A stretch of DNA of 64,000 nt from Candidatus Latescibacterota bacterium (lineage in GTDB: Bacteria > Latescibacterota > UBA2968 > SICM01): positions 3,520,001-3,584,000 of the forward strand of contig CBDCJO010000002.1 in NCBI GenBank assembly GCA_965217865.1. Direction: 5' to 3'. Below are positions 1 through 9,878 of the stretch, piece after piece. Position 1 is the stretch's first letter, and the number at the start of each line of letters is the position of its first letter. A program made the position numbers and the translations under genes. The notes beneath the pieces were generated by a model, which saw only the letters and a program-made list of their open reading frames with translations, did no database searches and had not been told where the DNA came from.

Positions 1-37
1 TTTTTCCCGTTTATATATCACAAGCCCACTGAAACTA

Positions 38-465
38 TCATGGCCCTCTTATTTCTACTTTGGGATCTTTCACGCAGAAGTATGGATATAGCAGCTTCCT
101 GGTGAAGCGTATCAACGGCTTGATCCCGGAGTCAAGGGCTCTTTGACACCAGGCGTCGAGCCATCTGGCTGCCCAGGCTTTGCGTTTGTAGATCCAGACT
201 CGTTTCAGGTCCTCTTTGAGGATGTAGGCGGTGTTCAAACGTTGATTGATGGCCAGGAGATCGCGGAGTCGGGCTGGCTCATCGCGGTCGGTTAGCAAGT
301 TCTTTCTGTTTTTGAGAAGTAGGTATTTGGTTCCTCGGATGATAGCCTTGTTGTCCTTGGAGGCTTTTCCACATTCATCGATCCGAACCCGATCGATTAC
401 TTTCTGGGCATAGATCTGGAGCAGGTGGAAGGGATCATAGACCGTGGCAGCGTCAGGACAATGCT
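38..465 (-). pseudogene. ISL3-family transposase internal fragment, fused in frame to the IS110 C-terminus
   Basis: Translation has YDPFHLLQ...IRGTKYLLLKNRKNL...LNTAYILKEDLKRVW...WLDAWCQRALDSGIKPLIRF, typical ISL3 motifs; no own start. Confidence 0.8.
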
Positions 466-1408
466 TGCGCTTCGCCTTGGCATCGTAGTATCTATTGATC
501 GGTTCTGACCATCTCTGAGCGACGAGGATGATTTCTGAGAAGGCCCACTTTAGGTGTGGGTTGCCGATTTTGTTATTCCCGTCCTTTGTCTTCTTCCCAG
601 CGGACTCTCTCTCAACTTTGATCAGCCTGCTGTAGGAGGAGAAGGCTGAAGCGGATTTGAACCGTTCAATCGTGTGGATTTCATACAGGATGGTCATGGC
701 CAGCATCTCCCCCAAGTCCGGGAACCGTCATCAGGATAGACAGGGCATTCCGATCGTGATGTTTGGCCTGTGCCAAGACTTGCTTTTCGACTTTGTAGAT
801 CATTTTGTCCAGGGAGTCAACCAGGTCCAGATCGCAGTCTACAGACATACCCAAATCTGGGTCGGGCAGACGTTCGCACAGCTTTCTCCTGCTGCTCTTC
901 TTTTTGACCTGATCGCTGAGAGGATCCAGGATAGCCTGCTGAGAGAAGGTGTTCTGGATGTGGGTGTAACACTCAGCCCGTAGGGCCACAAACCGGTGTC
1001 TTCGCCGGAGCAGGTCCCGGGTTGCCCGCATCTCTTGCGGATAGGCAAGGCATAGGCCATCGGGAACAGGTTGCAGCGCATCAGCTCTGCCAGCATTCTG
1101 GAATCGAGACGGTCGTTCTTCTTCTTGCCCCCGTGGATCGCCTTCATATACAGGGCGTGTCCCAGGTAGAATGGAATCCCGGCCTTGTGACACCCGTCAG
1201 CCAGCCAGTACCAGTTGAAGGTTGACTCAACCCCGACGGCGATGCTACTGAGGTGAGTTTCCAGCACTTGGAGCAAGAGTTTGAAGTCGTTTTTCAGGTT
1301 GCGCTGGAACACAATCTCTCCCATCTTGTCCATGATGCAGACAAACATCGTTCTGGCGTGGAGATCGATGCCACAAAAATAGTTCGAGTCGATCCTTGCG
1401 TATTGCAT
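466..1408 (-). pseudogene. IS110-family transposase, frameshifted twice and truncated
   Basis: N-terminal CGIDLH...VGVESTFNWYWL...KKKNDRLDS (839-1408) continues in 681-1193 (RATRDLLRRR...TVPGLG) and 38-715 (ERFKSASAFSSY...GNPHLKWAF); AGGAGG RBS before ATG 1408. Confidence 0.85.
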
Positions 1409-1599
1409 AAGGCCCTCCTGTGGGAGAAAGTTGATTGAGATGTCCGAATCCCAATTATAACCTCTCCTGACAACGAGGGCCTTTATATTAATATCACGGC
1501 GTGTGCGAGCTTCGGGGCATACGCCCCTTCGCCAAAACCCTGTTCCAGGGTTCGCACATGGGCGTTTTGTACAAGCCTAAGCTGGTTACGACCGATCCG

Positions 1600-1875
1600 A
1601 ATCTTTGAGAAGATGGCCACTACTTTGTTTAGGATGTCCCGTTCTTCCCGCGCGATGTCAAGATCTCGACGTAAACAGCGGTTCTCCTCCTCCAAAGGCT
1701 TCTGGTGACCTGTACCCGGGAACGCATCGATCGGGTCTGCCTCCAGCTCATCACGCCAGCGCCGGATCGCCCCCTGGTATAATCCCAGGTCCCGTTCTAT
1801 CTGCCGGTCCGTCTTTCCACTGGTGTCAGCCAGACGCACCGACTCTCTCTTGAACTCAGAATCAGTCCTCCGGCG
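1600..1875 (-). pseudogene. IS3-family OrfA fragment
   Basis: RRTDSEFKRESVRLA...IERDLGL...RRWR...AFPGTG...EENRCLRRDLDIAREERDILNK, an HTH_Tnp_1-like OrfA; OrfB absent. Confidence 0.8.
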
Positions 1876-2013
1876 TGGCGGCGTTTTGGATGGTTCAGAT
1901 ACCCGGGAAAGGGAGGGGAAAGGAGCATCGGTAATGCGACGAAAAATCCCGGTCCTTGTCTCATTGACCTTCCCTGATGATGTCCCGCGGCCTTGATAAT
2001 CCTTTTAAATCAG
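1869..2013 (+). repeat. Degenerate ~145-bp copy of the leader and 5' end of the lipoprotein gene at 50860-51003
   Basis: Near-identical sequence (ccggcgtggcggcgttttggatggttcagatacc...atgcgacgaaaaatcccggtccttgtctcattg); this copy has an extra C and the lipobox Cys codon changed to CGC. Confidence 0.9.
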
Positions 2014-2112
2014 ATAAATCGGACCCTTTACTTCTCCCGGCAAACGAATGTTGATGCCTTCTGTGGAAGCGATTGGACCCTGACGTTTTTTTCAATCTGC
2101 AATCTTCGATCT

Positions 2113-3453
2113 TCATTCCCCTGGCCCCTGATCTTTCGCAATTTTTCCAAAGTCATCAGCAAAGATAAAAAAATCGTCGAAGTCGACGAGACCGCTCTTG
2201 TCCAGATCAAAAACCGGATCCGTTCCCCCGAAGGCCTCCGCGAACATAAAGAAATCGTCGAAGTCGATCCTCCCGTCCCCATCGAAATCAGTATCCGAAA
2301 CCGCAACCTGGATGTCCAGCGGGGGCAGACCCGATCCCGTTAAGGACACCCCGAACACTTCCCGTTCGGGATCGTTCGTCAAGAACGTCAACTCGTGGGT
2401 AGACATGACTTCGTCGATCGGCCGGTACACGATCGAGATCTCCCGGGATTCTCCCGCCGGAACCGTCACGGACGAATCCCCGATACTGAAAGACTGATTC
2501 CCGGAGGAGGCTCGAATCTCCAGGTCCTCCCCACCCGGACCGGCCCCATTCGATACGATCAAATTCAGAGTCCGGGAGGAACCTACGAAAACGTTTCCGA
2601 AGTTAAGCTTATCCGTCATTACGGACAGTACCGCAGGCAGAGGTGTCCACCGAAGGATGATCGACTGCTCCGCGGTATCCCCCTTGGTGTCCGATATGAT
2701 CAACAGAACCCGAATATCTTGGCCCAGCACCTCTGGCTTGGGTGTGAAACTCAGAGCCCCTCCTTCGGTTCCTTTTTCCCTGACCCCGATCAACTCCGGA
2801 TCGAAACCCTCGGCGCGCCATACCAGATCTTGAGGGTCGTCCTCTTCGTCGGAGCCGTATGAGGCCAGGTCGATCTCGATGGGTTCTGTCCCGGAGCCGG
2901 ACTGGTCAGGAATCAATGAGGTGATGGTTGGAGGGGTATTCGGAGGGGGAAGCAAAGACTGGATGGTGGAGACGATGGCACTCTCATTGAAGCGACTTCC
3001 AGGACTTCCTGAAGACACCCATCGGACGACTCCCCCCTGATCGATAACGATGAAGTTGTTGTTGCCCAATCTGTACTGGCTCCCCACCCGGCCGCCTTTG
3101 GTTAGAACCGGATAGGTCGTCTTGGTCAACCCGACGAAAATTTTCCTTACGTCATCCGGATTCCCGTCCCACACATCAATGCCGATGGCTTGAAACTCCT
3201 GATCCTTAAACCGCTGCCAGATTTTGTTCTCAACGGACGAACCGTCCGAGATGCAATCCGGTCATCTCCACCCGAAGAAGTTGACGAACACCACCTTTCC
3301 ACGGTAGTCGGACAGAGAATAATTCCTGTTATCCAACCCCTTCAACGTGAAATCCAGAGCGTTGTCCCCAACCCTCACCGCGGAGACGGCAGGCGCGTTC
3401 GGTCCAGCATACCAGAGGACCAGTCCTAAGAATAACCAAATGACCCTTTTCAT
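2113..3453 (-). CDS. Secreted selenoprotein: AhpC/TlpA-like redoxin (UxxC) + Ig-like domains + C-terminal double EF-hand/dockerin-like tail
   Basis: ORFs 3262-3486 and 2113-3174 share a frame; reading through TGA gives GKVVFVNFFGWR-U-PDCISDG; signal peptide MKRVIWLFLGLVLWY...; GAGGA RBS; DFDGDGRIDFDDFF and DLDKSGLVDFDDFF repeats. Confidence 0.85.
3216..3261 (-). promoter_or_regulatory. Bacterial SECIS-like hairpin directly 3' of the Sec UGA
   Basis: CCGGAUU-GCA-UCUC-GGACG-GUU-CGUCC-GUU-GAGA-ACAA-AAUCUGG forms nested stems with a G/U-containing apical loop. Confidence 0.7.
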
Positions 3454-3613
3454 ATCGAACCATCTTCCTCTCATCGGTTCCGACACTGGACATGCTAGGC
3501 ATGGGCGACATCGCGCAGGGCCAATAACAGCCCTTCGGTCTCATCACTTGCTTCACTGAAGGATACTCGGATTTCTTCTCTTTACTTTCGTTTCGCCGCT
3601 TATTGAGACCCGA

Positions 3614-4243
3614 TCACGGATCACGCTTTGCCTCGTGCTCAAATGCTCTGATCCGGCCAACGCAAGGCTCGATGATTGTGTCGATATCCGGCACTAAGCC
3701 CATTGTGCGCACCATAGCGAATGCCTTGATCTTCGCATGCGGAAATATGTCGTGAACGCGAGACGCACAAGCGAGCAACGTGCACCCCTTGGTGACGATG
3801 TCATCAACCAAAAGGATACGTGTCGGCTTCAGCAACTCGTCCGCCACCGAGATTGAATCGTAATGCGTTTTGACATTGGGGCGGGAGCCCTGCGCTTGAA
3901 ACGCCGACTTCTGTACCTGGTGATCACGTCGAACGTTGCACATTACGTTGTTCGCAAGTCCTTCCTCCAGCAACACATTGCAGATCTGCTCGCTAACCCA
4001 CAATACCAATTCGTTCTTGCGCGGGGCGCTCCCCGGAACTGGCATCAGCACCACATCGTTCCCAAAAAAGTTCCCAAACTTGTTATCGGCAAGGTGCCGG
4101 CGAACTTGTGCCGCCATCTTTAACAGAGCCGGCTTGTGCGCGCACTTTACCCAATCGCGTATACATCTTGATTGCTTCGCTGTCTCCGATTTGCCCCTTG
4201 GGGAATAGATGTAGCAGGACGCGAAATGGAGTTCAGAAAGCAA
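3614..4243 (-). CDS. ComF-like phosphoribosyltransferase (PRTase)
   Basis: VVLMPVPGS and ILLVDDIVTKGCTL (PRPP-binding) motifs; TTG start at 4243 with GGAGG RBS overlapping the DprA 3' end. Confidence 0.8.
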   Translation of the reverse strand: MLSELHFASCYIYSPRGKSETAKQSRCIRDWVKCAHKPALLKMAAQVRRHLADNKFGNFFGNDVVLMPVPGSAPRKNELVLWVSEQICNVLLEEGLANNVMCNVRRDHQVQKSAFQAQGSRPNVKTHYDSISVADELLKPTRILLVDDIVTKGCTLLACASRVHDIFPHAKIKAFAMVRTMGLVPDIDTIIEPCVGRIRAFEHEAKRDP

Positions 4244-4970
4244 ACGCTTCGACCTCCTTGCGATCAGTGTAGGCCGGCAGATTGTCGAGAACAAACGTTA
4301 GGTTCTCTCTGGCCAACTTCTGTGCGCCGTAGGATATCATTTCTTGTGGCCATGACAAGCGCTTATCTTCGGCGACGTTATCCATTATGAAAACGTCTCT
4401 GCCGAGCCTGAGTGCTTCCCAGCCTTGATGCTGAGTGCCACTCTTTTTACTCGCCTCAACGATCACCGTTGCATCGGTAAGCAAAGCCATGGTGCGATTC
4501 CGCATTGGGAAGTTTTTAGGCGTCGCTGGATAGCCAGTCGGAAACTGCGAAACCGCCGCGTGCTCCGACATAATTTTTAGCTGCAAAGCTTTGTTCTCGG
4601 CCGGATAGAACGTGTCCAATGGTGTGCCGAGCACAGCAATGGTGTGCCCGCCGAGCTTCATTGCCGTTTCGTGCGCAACAGCATCGACACCAGCGGCCAA
4701 TCCGCTGACGACAATTATATCCTGACCAATAAGTTCCTTAACGAGATTTCGCGCACGCTTGACGCCAGCGTCGCTGACCTTCCTCGATCCGACCACGGAT
4801 ACACGCCGACCAGCACGAAGCAGGTCGACATCGCCAGCAACGTAGAGCTGATTCGGCGCGTTCTTCTCCTCGATATTATTAAGCTGGCCGAGCAATTCAT
4901 TGAGTCTATAGCTTCGTTGGTTCATAGCTGGATGGGAAGCGCGCTGAGCACCTGATTTGAGATTCGCCAC
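4233..4970 (-). CDS. Short DprA/SMF-like (SLOG) protein
   Basis: VSVVGSR, IVVSGLAAGVDAVAH, TIAVLGT, NFPMRNRTMA, VIVEASKKSGT motifs; lacks the SAM and C-terminal domains of housekeeping DprA. Confidence 0.9.
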   Translation of the reverse strand: MANLKSGAQRASHPAMNQRSYRLNELLGQLNNIEEKNAPNQLYVAGDVDLLRAGRRVSVVGSRKVSDAGVKRARNLVKELIGQDIIVVSGLAAGVDAVAHETAMKLGGHTIAVLGTPLDTFYPAENKALQLKIMSEHAAVSQFPTGYPATPKNFPMRNRTMALLTDATVIVEASKKSGTQHQGWEALRLGRDVFIMDNVAEDKRLSWPQEMISYGAQKLARENLTFVLDNLPAYTDRKEVEAFAF

Positions 4971-5619
4971 TGGGGGCCTCCTATTTCAATGTATAGCGTC
5001 CCAACACCAACGCTAAGTGCATAATCCTCGGATGTTTACGGCCAAGGCTGTCCGAGAGTGGTTGGTTCGAAGATGTAGCAGGCTTCAATTACGTTGTATA
5101 CCGCTTCATTCCAGGTGGTTGGCATTTCTTCGACTCCTTTTGCGTGATTGTGATTTACTTTCCACCGACTTTTTGAAACAGGAGGAATGATGTCGGCTTG
5201 GTTATATCTTTTTTCTGAGATCGCCCGAAAAGACGGGGGCAAGGTCGAAGCAGGATCCTGGTTGCCTATAGGTTGAAGGGCCTATATGTGGGGAGCTACT
5301 GGCGACCAAATTGAGGGTTTTTTTGTTGGTACAAAAGACGATCTAGAATGGTATAGGGACAGAGGGGGGGTATACCAAGAATCCGAGATGCTTTGTACCA
5401 CGCCTCGACTCGACCGCCAGGGGGTCGCTCTCGTCCGATTTATCCCTGCGGACTGCTTTGGAAAATTCCTTAACTCGTTTACTATAAATGATTTACTAAT
5501 TCATCGAAGATGCTCGTCCCCCCATTATGTCCACCGGGACGAAACGGATTTCCCCAGACCCTATTGGCCGTTGACGGAGGTGCGTCGGCTCCGGAACGCC
5601 TCGCGCCCGAGGCGGACCG

Positions 5620-5830
5620 GCTGACGATGCATGGCTTCCGGGCCATGGCGCGAACGATTCTGGACGAGGTGCTGGGGTTTCGGTTCGACTTCATCGAGCA
5701 CCGGCTGGCCCACGCGGTCACGGATCCCAACGACGGGGCTTACAACCGGTCGTCGTTCCTACAGGAACGACGACGGATGATGCAGGTTTTGGCCGACTAC
5801 CTGGACCGGCTCAAGGCTGGCGAAGACGCC
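5620..5830 (+). pseudogene. P4-like tyrosine integrase C-terminal fragment
   Basis: HGFRAMARTILDE...IEHRLAH...AYNRSSFLQERRRMMQ..ADYLD (HxxR, H and catalytic Y). Confidence 0.85.
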
Positions 5831-5879
5831 GAAGCAAAGACGTTGGCATTGGGGTCTTCTGACACTCTTGCGCCTTTCC

Positions 5880-6440
5880 CTCGACCCTGGTCGGCCACGC
5901 AGTTTGACAGAAGAAGAGGAGTCCCTGATCGCAGAAATCGCGACAGCGCCTCCCCAGGCCTTTGGCCGTCCTTTCAACCAGTGGTCTCTGAGGAAGCTGA
6001 GGGATTTTCTGGTTGAAAAGAGACTGATTCAGCCGGTCAGTCACAACGTCATCCGTCGCGTCCTGAAGAATCGAAAGATTACTTATCAGCGAACCCGGAC
6101 CTGGAAGCGATCCAACGACCCGGCATACGACGCTAAAAAAAACGCATCAAAGCGCTCTACAAGAAGGCCCCACAAAGGTGCTCGGTAATCTGCTTCGACG
6201 AATTCGGACCCATCCAGGTCAAACCACAACACGGTAACGCTTGGGCGCCACAGAAAAGCCCTGTCAGACTCCGTGCCACCTACCGCCGGTTTCAAAGGCG
6301 TGAGCCACTTTTTAGCGGCGTATGATGTTCATCAAGACCGCCTGTGGATGCATCAGAAAAAGCGCAAACGATGGCAGGAGGTCCTCCGTTTTCTCAAATC
6401 GATTCGACGGCGATACCCGAAGGACAGACGCCTATACATT
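5880..6440 (+). pseudogene. IS630-family transposase fragment
   Basis: PGRP...WSLRKL...RTRTWKRSNDP, an A8 tract at ~6135, then CFDEFGP and FLAAYDVHQDRLW...FLKSIRRRYP; truncated at both ends. Confidence 0.85.
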
Positions 6441-6787
6441 GTCCCACCCTTTGGGTGTCAATTCCCAATAACCTCGACCAGATTCTGGTGGCGGTTTCAC
6501 AAGGCCTTGGGTTTTTGCGCTCTGGTTTGCCCAAGCAATGTTGTGCCGCCATCTCGGTACCCCATGAGAAACTGACTCATTGTAATAGGGGTGCTCGAAT
6601 ATTTCAGCAAACTCCTCATATATTGCTTCTTCAACCTGCTTTTTTGCCGCCCTTCCGCCAAGGTTCCGAAGGGTCCTCAGGATATGTACGACGAGCTCTT
6701 GCTGGGAAACCCGAGTTTGTTCCTGACCATCATCGGGAGATTGGTTAATTTCAATGGGACGGGTAACTGGCTCGTAGGTAGTAAAAT
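6432..6787 (-). pseudogene. C-terminal Mrr-N-like winged-helix domain; 5' part removed by an IS end
   Basis: ILRTLRNLGG...RWRHNIAWA...GLVK...RGYWELTPKG; the upstream sequence is the IS3 end. Confidence 0.75.
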
Positions 6788-6914
6788 TGTATCTATTCTG
6801 AGATAACAAGAGAAAAGTAGATAAAGGTCCAAGCAAGATTCAGGCAGCCTTGTGGATGGTCTGGGATGTTCTTTGCCGATTGATTTCTATGCGGCGCTGC
6901 CGAGCCTCCTCCTT
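6788..6914 (-). mobile_element. Solo right end of the IS3-family element at 37511-39013
   Basis: 127 bp almost identical to 37511-37637, including the last transposase codons EEARQRRIEINRQRTSQTIHKAA. Confidence 0.92.
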
Positions 6915-8381
6915 GGCACTGCCCCAGGGGGGATTGCCGACAATGACATGGGCCTTTATGGGTAAAGCCGCGGCTTCCGTGAAGAAATCAGCCCAACGGA
7001 TTGTCCCTACTGGTAGATTCGTAGTGGTCTCGCCAGGGATGGAAACTAAGTGAGGAAGATTCCACTTTCCGAGCAGTTTCTGGATGTCAGGAGGCGACAA
7101 CTGATCCAGGAAAGCAAGGTAAAGGCTGAATGCCGTGATCTGACAGGCACTTCGGTTGCTGTCCACGCCGTAAAGGTTGGTGCGGAGAACGTCCATGAGG
7201 CCGTTAGCCCGGCGGTCGTAACGTGCTCCGGGATTCTTCAACTTCCATTCTTCGGCAAGCCGGTTGAACAGTCCGACGAGGAAAATGCCTGAGCCGCAAG
7301 CAGGATCGAGGAATCTCTTGTCGAGAAGTGAAGTTTCACCCTCCAAGGCCACGTCCAAAACAAATTCTGCCAGAAACCTGGGGGTGTAAAAGGCTCCGGC
7401 TTCCTTCTTCTGCTCCTCTCCGGCAGCCTTAAGGAAGTGTTCGTAAATCGCACTGATGGTTTCAATCGGGATGAAACCGAAATCGTAGGGCCAGAAGGCT
7501 TGCTGTCCTGATTGAACATTGGTGCCGTGGAAGAAGCGATCAAGGATTTCAAGATGCTCAACCTTGATCTGCCTACTTTCTTCCTTCAGGTCGGCACTGA
7601 AAAGATCGCCGTTTAAGTCGTTGGCAAGTCGGCTGAACAGCTTGTAGAGATCGGCCTTGGCATCCGTCCGGGGCTTCTTGGCAAGAATGTCCTTCAAGTG
7701 ATCCGCGCCGTGGATACGAAACGTCTTGAGGTAGGCCCTGTCGATAATGCCACGATCGAACAGGTAGCAGGCGAAAACCAAGCGGCAAAGAAGTGCATCG
7801 AGTGTCTGCGGCTCAAGCCGTGCGGCTTGGACCCGGCTAAGCTCCTGCCGTGTGGCCTGAAGGTTGCGGAGCAATTCTCGGTCAACCCGTTTACGTGGAT
7901 CAAAGGAACGCCGGTAGACGTAAAAATACTCACCGGATTCAACTGACAGCAGGAAAGACTGAAGCTGATCCTGAACGCGATTAAGCATCTCGACAAATCC
8001 AGGTGCCCGTCCAGCTTCGGTCAGAGTATCCGCCGGGGGAATTAGCCCTGAATAGACGTGAACATCGTCTGGAGCAACGATGACCAAGATCGGAGCGATC
8101 CCTTGGTTCCAGAAGGAACGATGAAGACGAAGGATGCCTTCCGGGTCAATTTTCTCGACTTGACAGAAGTAGATAATCGGCTGGAGGCCCCCATCAGGAC
8201 CAGCTCGATCTTGGCAGAGGACTCCGTTGATTCCAAGTTGTTCAAAGGCTCGCCGAAGGGCATGCAGCTGCGGCACCTTTCCCGCCGCGTATTCAAGTTG
8301 GTCCACGCTTGAAAAGAAATGCGGCGGCTTTCGGCCATCAAGGCCAAAATCTTTCTTCCAGTCTTTTTTGGTAGTGGTCAT
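6915..8381 (-). pseudogene. N6-adenine DNA methyltransferase (type IIG/HsdM-like RM), truncated after motif IV
   Basis: ISAIYE...GAFYTP...FLDPACGSGIFL...LYGVD...IVGNPPW, then fusion to the IS tail; no target-recognition domain. Confidence 0.85.
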
Positions 8382-8530
8382 TTTCGTGCTAACATCTTAC
8401 AGTTTGATCCGTTATGGGTTCTGCAAGGAACTTGCACGCCCAGCTCATCATGAGGGACGATAAAGCGTTCAGAAATACGAAAAGCGGATATGGTAGAATT
8501 CATGAATCATGATGCATTTAACCCAACTTC

Positions 8531-8594
8531 GCCTAACGTTTGCCGCTCAGCCGCGGCCGCGAAGCGGCCGTCGGCCTGCAGCGGCGCGTTAGAC
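8531..8594 (+). other. Integron attC site (solitary)
   Basis: GCCTAAC inverse core...GTTAGAC core, 64 bp, imperfect palindrome gccgctcagccgcggccgc-gaa-gcggccgtcggcctgcagcggc. Confidence 0.8.
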
Positions 8595-8844
8595 AGCGTA
8601 CGTCCCTGGAACCGCGAGTTCGTTGCAAGTCGTCTCCGCACTAGCCCGACCCCGGAATGCAGTAATATAGCCGTTTGGCCGGAAGCTGTCAACCAGGGAG
8701 GCTTCAGATCCGAGCGATCAGAAGCGGTCGCGACCCGTTGGATGACGGCGAGGTTCGAGACATTGAACTTCGCCCCGGCCTTTTCAGGATCTCCAAAAAC
8801 TCCAGGGCCGTCACGCCGACCTGAAGCCAGTGACAAAAAGTCGG

Positions 8845-8937
8845 CTGATTCCCGCACCCTCCAGGCGTCCATGTTCCACAACTTTCTCAAATACAAGAGG
8901 TTTCTCTCTCTGGCGTGAGGGTGAGCGGTCAGGAAAA
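8845..8937. repeat. ~90-bp dispersed repeat (second copy 50762-50856)
   Basis: caccctccaggcgtcc.tgttccacaa...ctcaaatacaag...tttctctctctgg.gtga.ggtgag shared. Confidence 0.8.
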
Positions 8938-9090
8938 GGGTGCAGTTGGGGAGCCGGTCCCAATGTGGAAGAAACGACTGATATGACTGGAAAAACGGGA
9001 ATCGGTCTTGACGTCTTGACATGGTTTCCGCCTCGACGGTGCGGGCGTAATTACGATATATCCTTTCAATACAGCATGTTACGTCTCACA

Positions 9091-9538
9091 AACAGAGAAT
9101 GGTTCCGGGGAAAGGATCATATGGGGAGCCATATTCCAATCCGCCAACTTCGGCGGTCGTCCGTTAACGCAAGACCCCGTGGGGCAACCCTTCGGGGTCT
9201 TGCCGTTTCTGCCGTATTCACAAACGCTTGTGCCACCTCTCCCCCTCTCTGCCGGGTCTCTGTCTCGAAGCGTTTTCCCCGGTGTCCGAGCACAACCGTG
9301 GGGACTGCGTCCGTTGAGCAGAGATATCTCTTCCGGATTCTCTGATTCTCTGTTTTTCGCGTTGGCCTTGTTTAACAGCCCGGTTGCGTCCTTTCGACGT
9401 TTCGGAAGATCCTCCGGCAAGTATTCACAGGAAGCCGGACCCGATGGGTCCGGTCACCGGCTTACGACAGATCACCGGACAGCGGAAGCGGCCGTGCGCC
9501 CGGAGTCCGAAACCGTAGTTGGTGCAGCCCCCAGTCCC
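9091..9538 (+). repeat. ~450-bp structured non-coding repeat, copy 1 (candidate ncRNA)
   Basis: Colinear with 55708-56160; AACAGAGAAT/ATTCTCTGTT closing stem and several internal hairpins; indels between copies break any shared ORF. Confidence 0.85.
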
Positions 9539-9878
9539 AGCCCGAGCGACGCCTTCTCCGGCAATTTTAGCAAGGCTTATCAAAGGCGCGCGCGGTTCTC
9601 CCAAGGCGTGCGGGGAGATCCGGAAGGTCCGGTTCGTGGCCGCCTCTACGAGGGCTCTCCAGCATGGAATCCACACCTGGCGATCGTGTTCAGGGATGAG
9701 CGGCCGGGGAAACGATAGGAGGGGAACGCCATGCCGCAGAACCCAACGCTGGAGGAGTGGTGTCTGCTGACGTTGCGCCTGCGCATCGCGGGCTGGAGCT
9801 GGTCCCGGTCGTGGATGCCGGCGTCGATCATGCTGTCGCCCGTTAACCGACCCTTACGCTTGCCATCAGAGACAAGGG

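Noticed and set aside
38-715. 225-aa ORF as a novel IS110-ISL3 fusion transposase
   Set aside because: Chance in-frame junction of two truncated transposases; neither part is complete
8490-9770. Many overlapping ORFs on both strands
   Set aside because: No family motifs, and they span attC and repeats whose second copies have frame-breaking indels
9795-9850. LexA/UmuD-like motif GDSMIDAGIHD on the minus strand
   Set aside because: Only about a dozen codons next to the IS256 end; a remnant too short to call a gene
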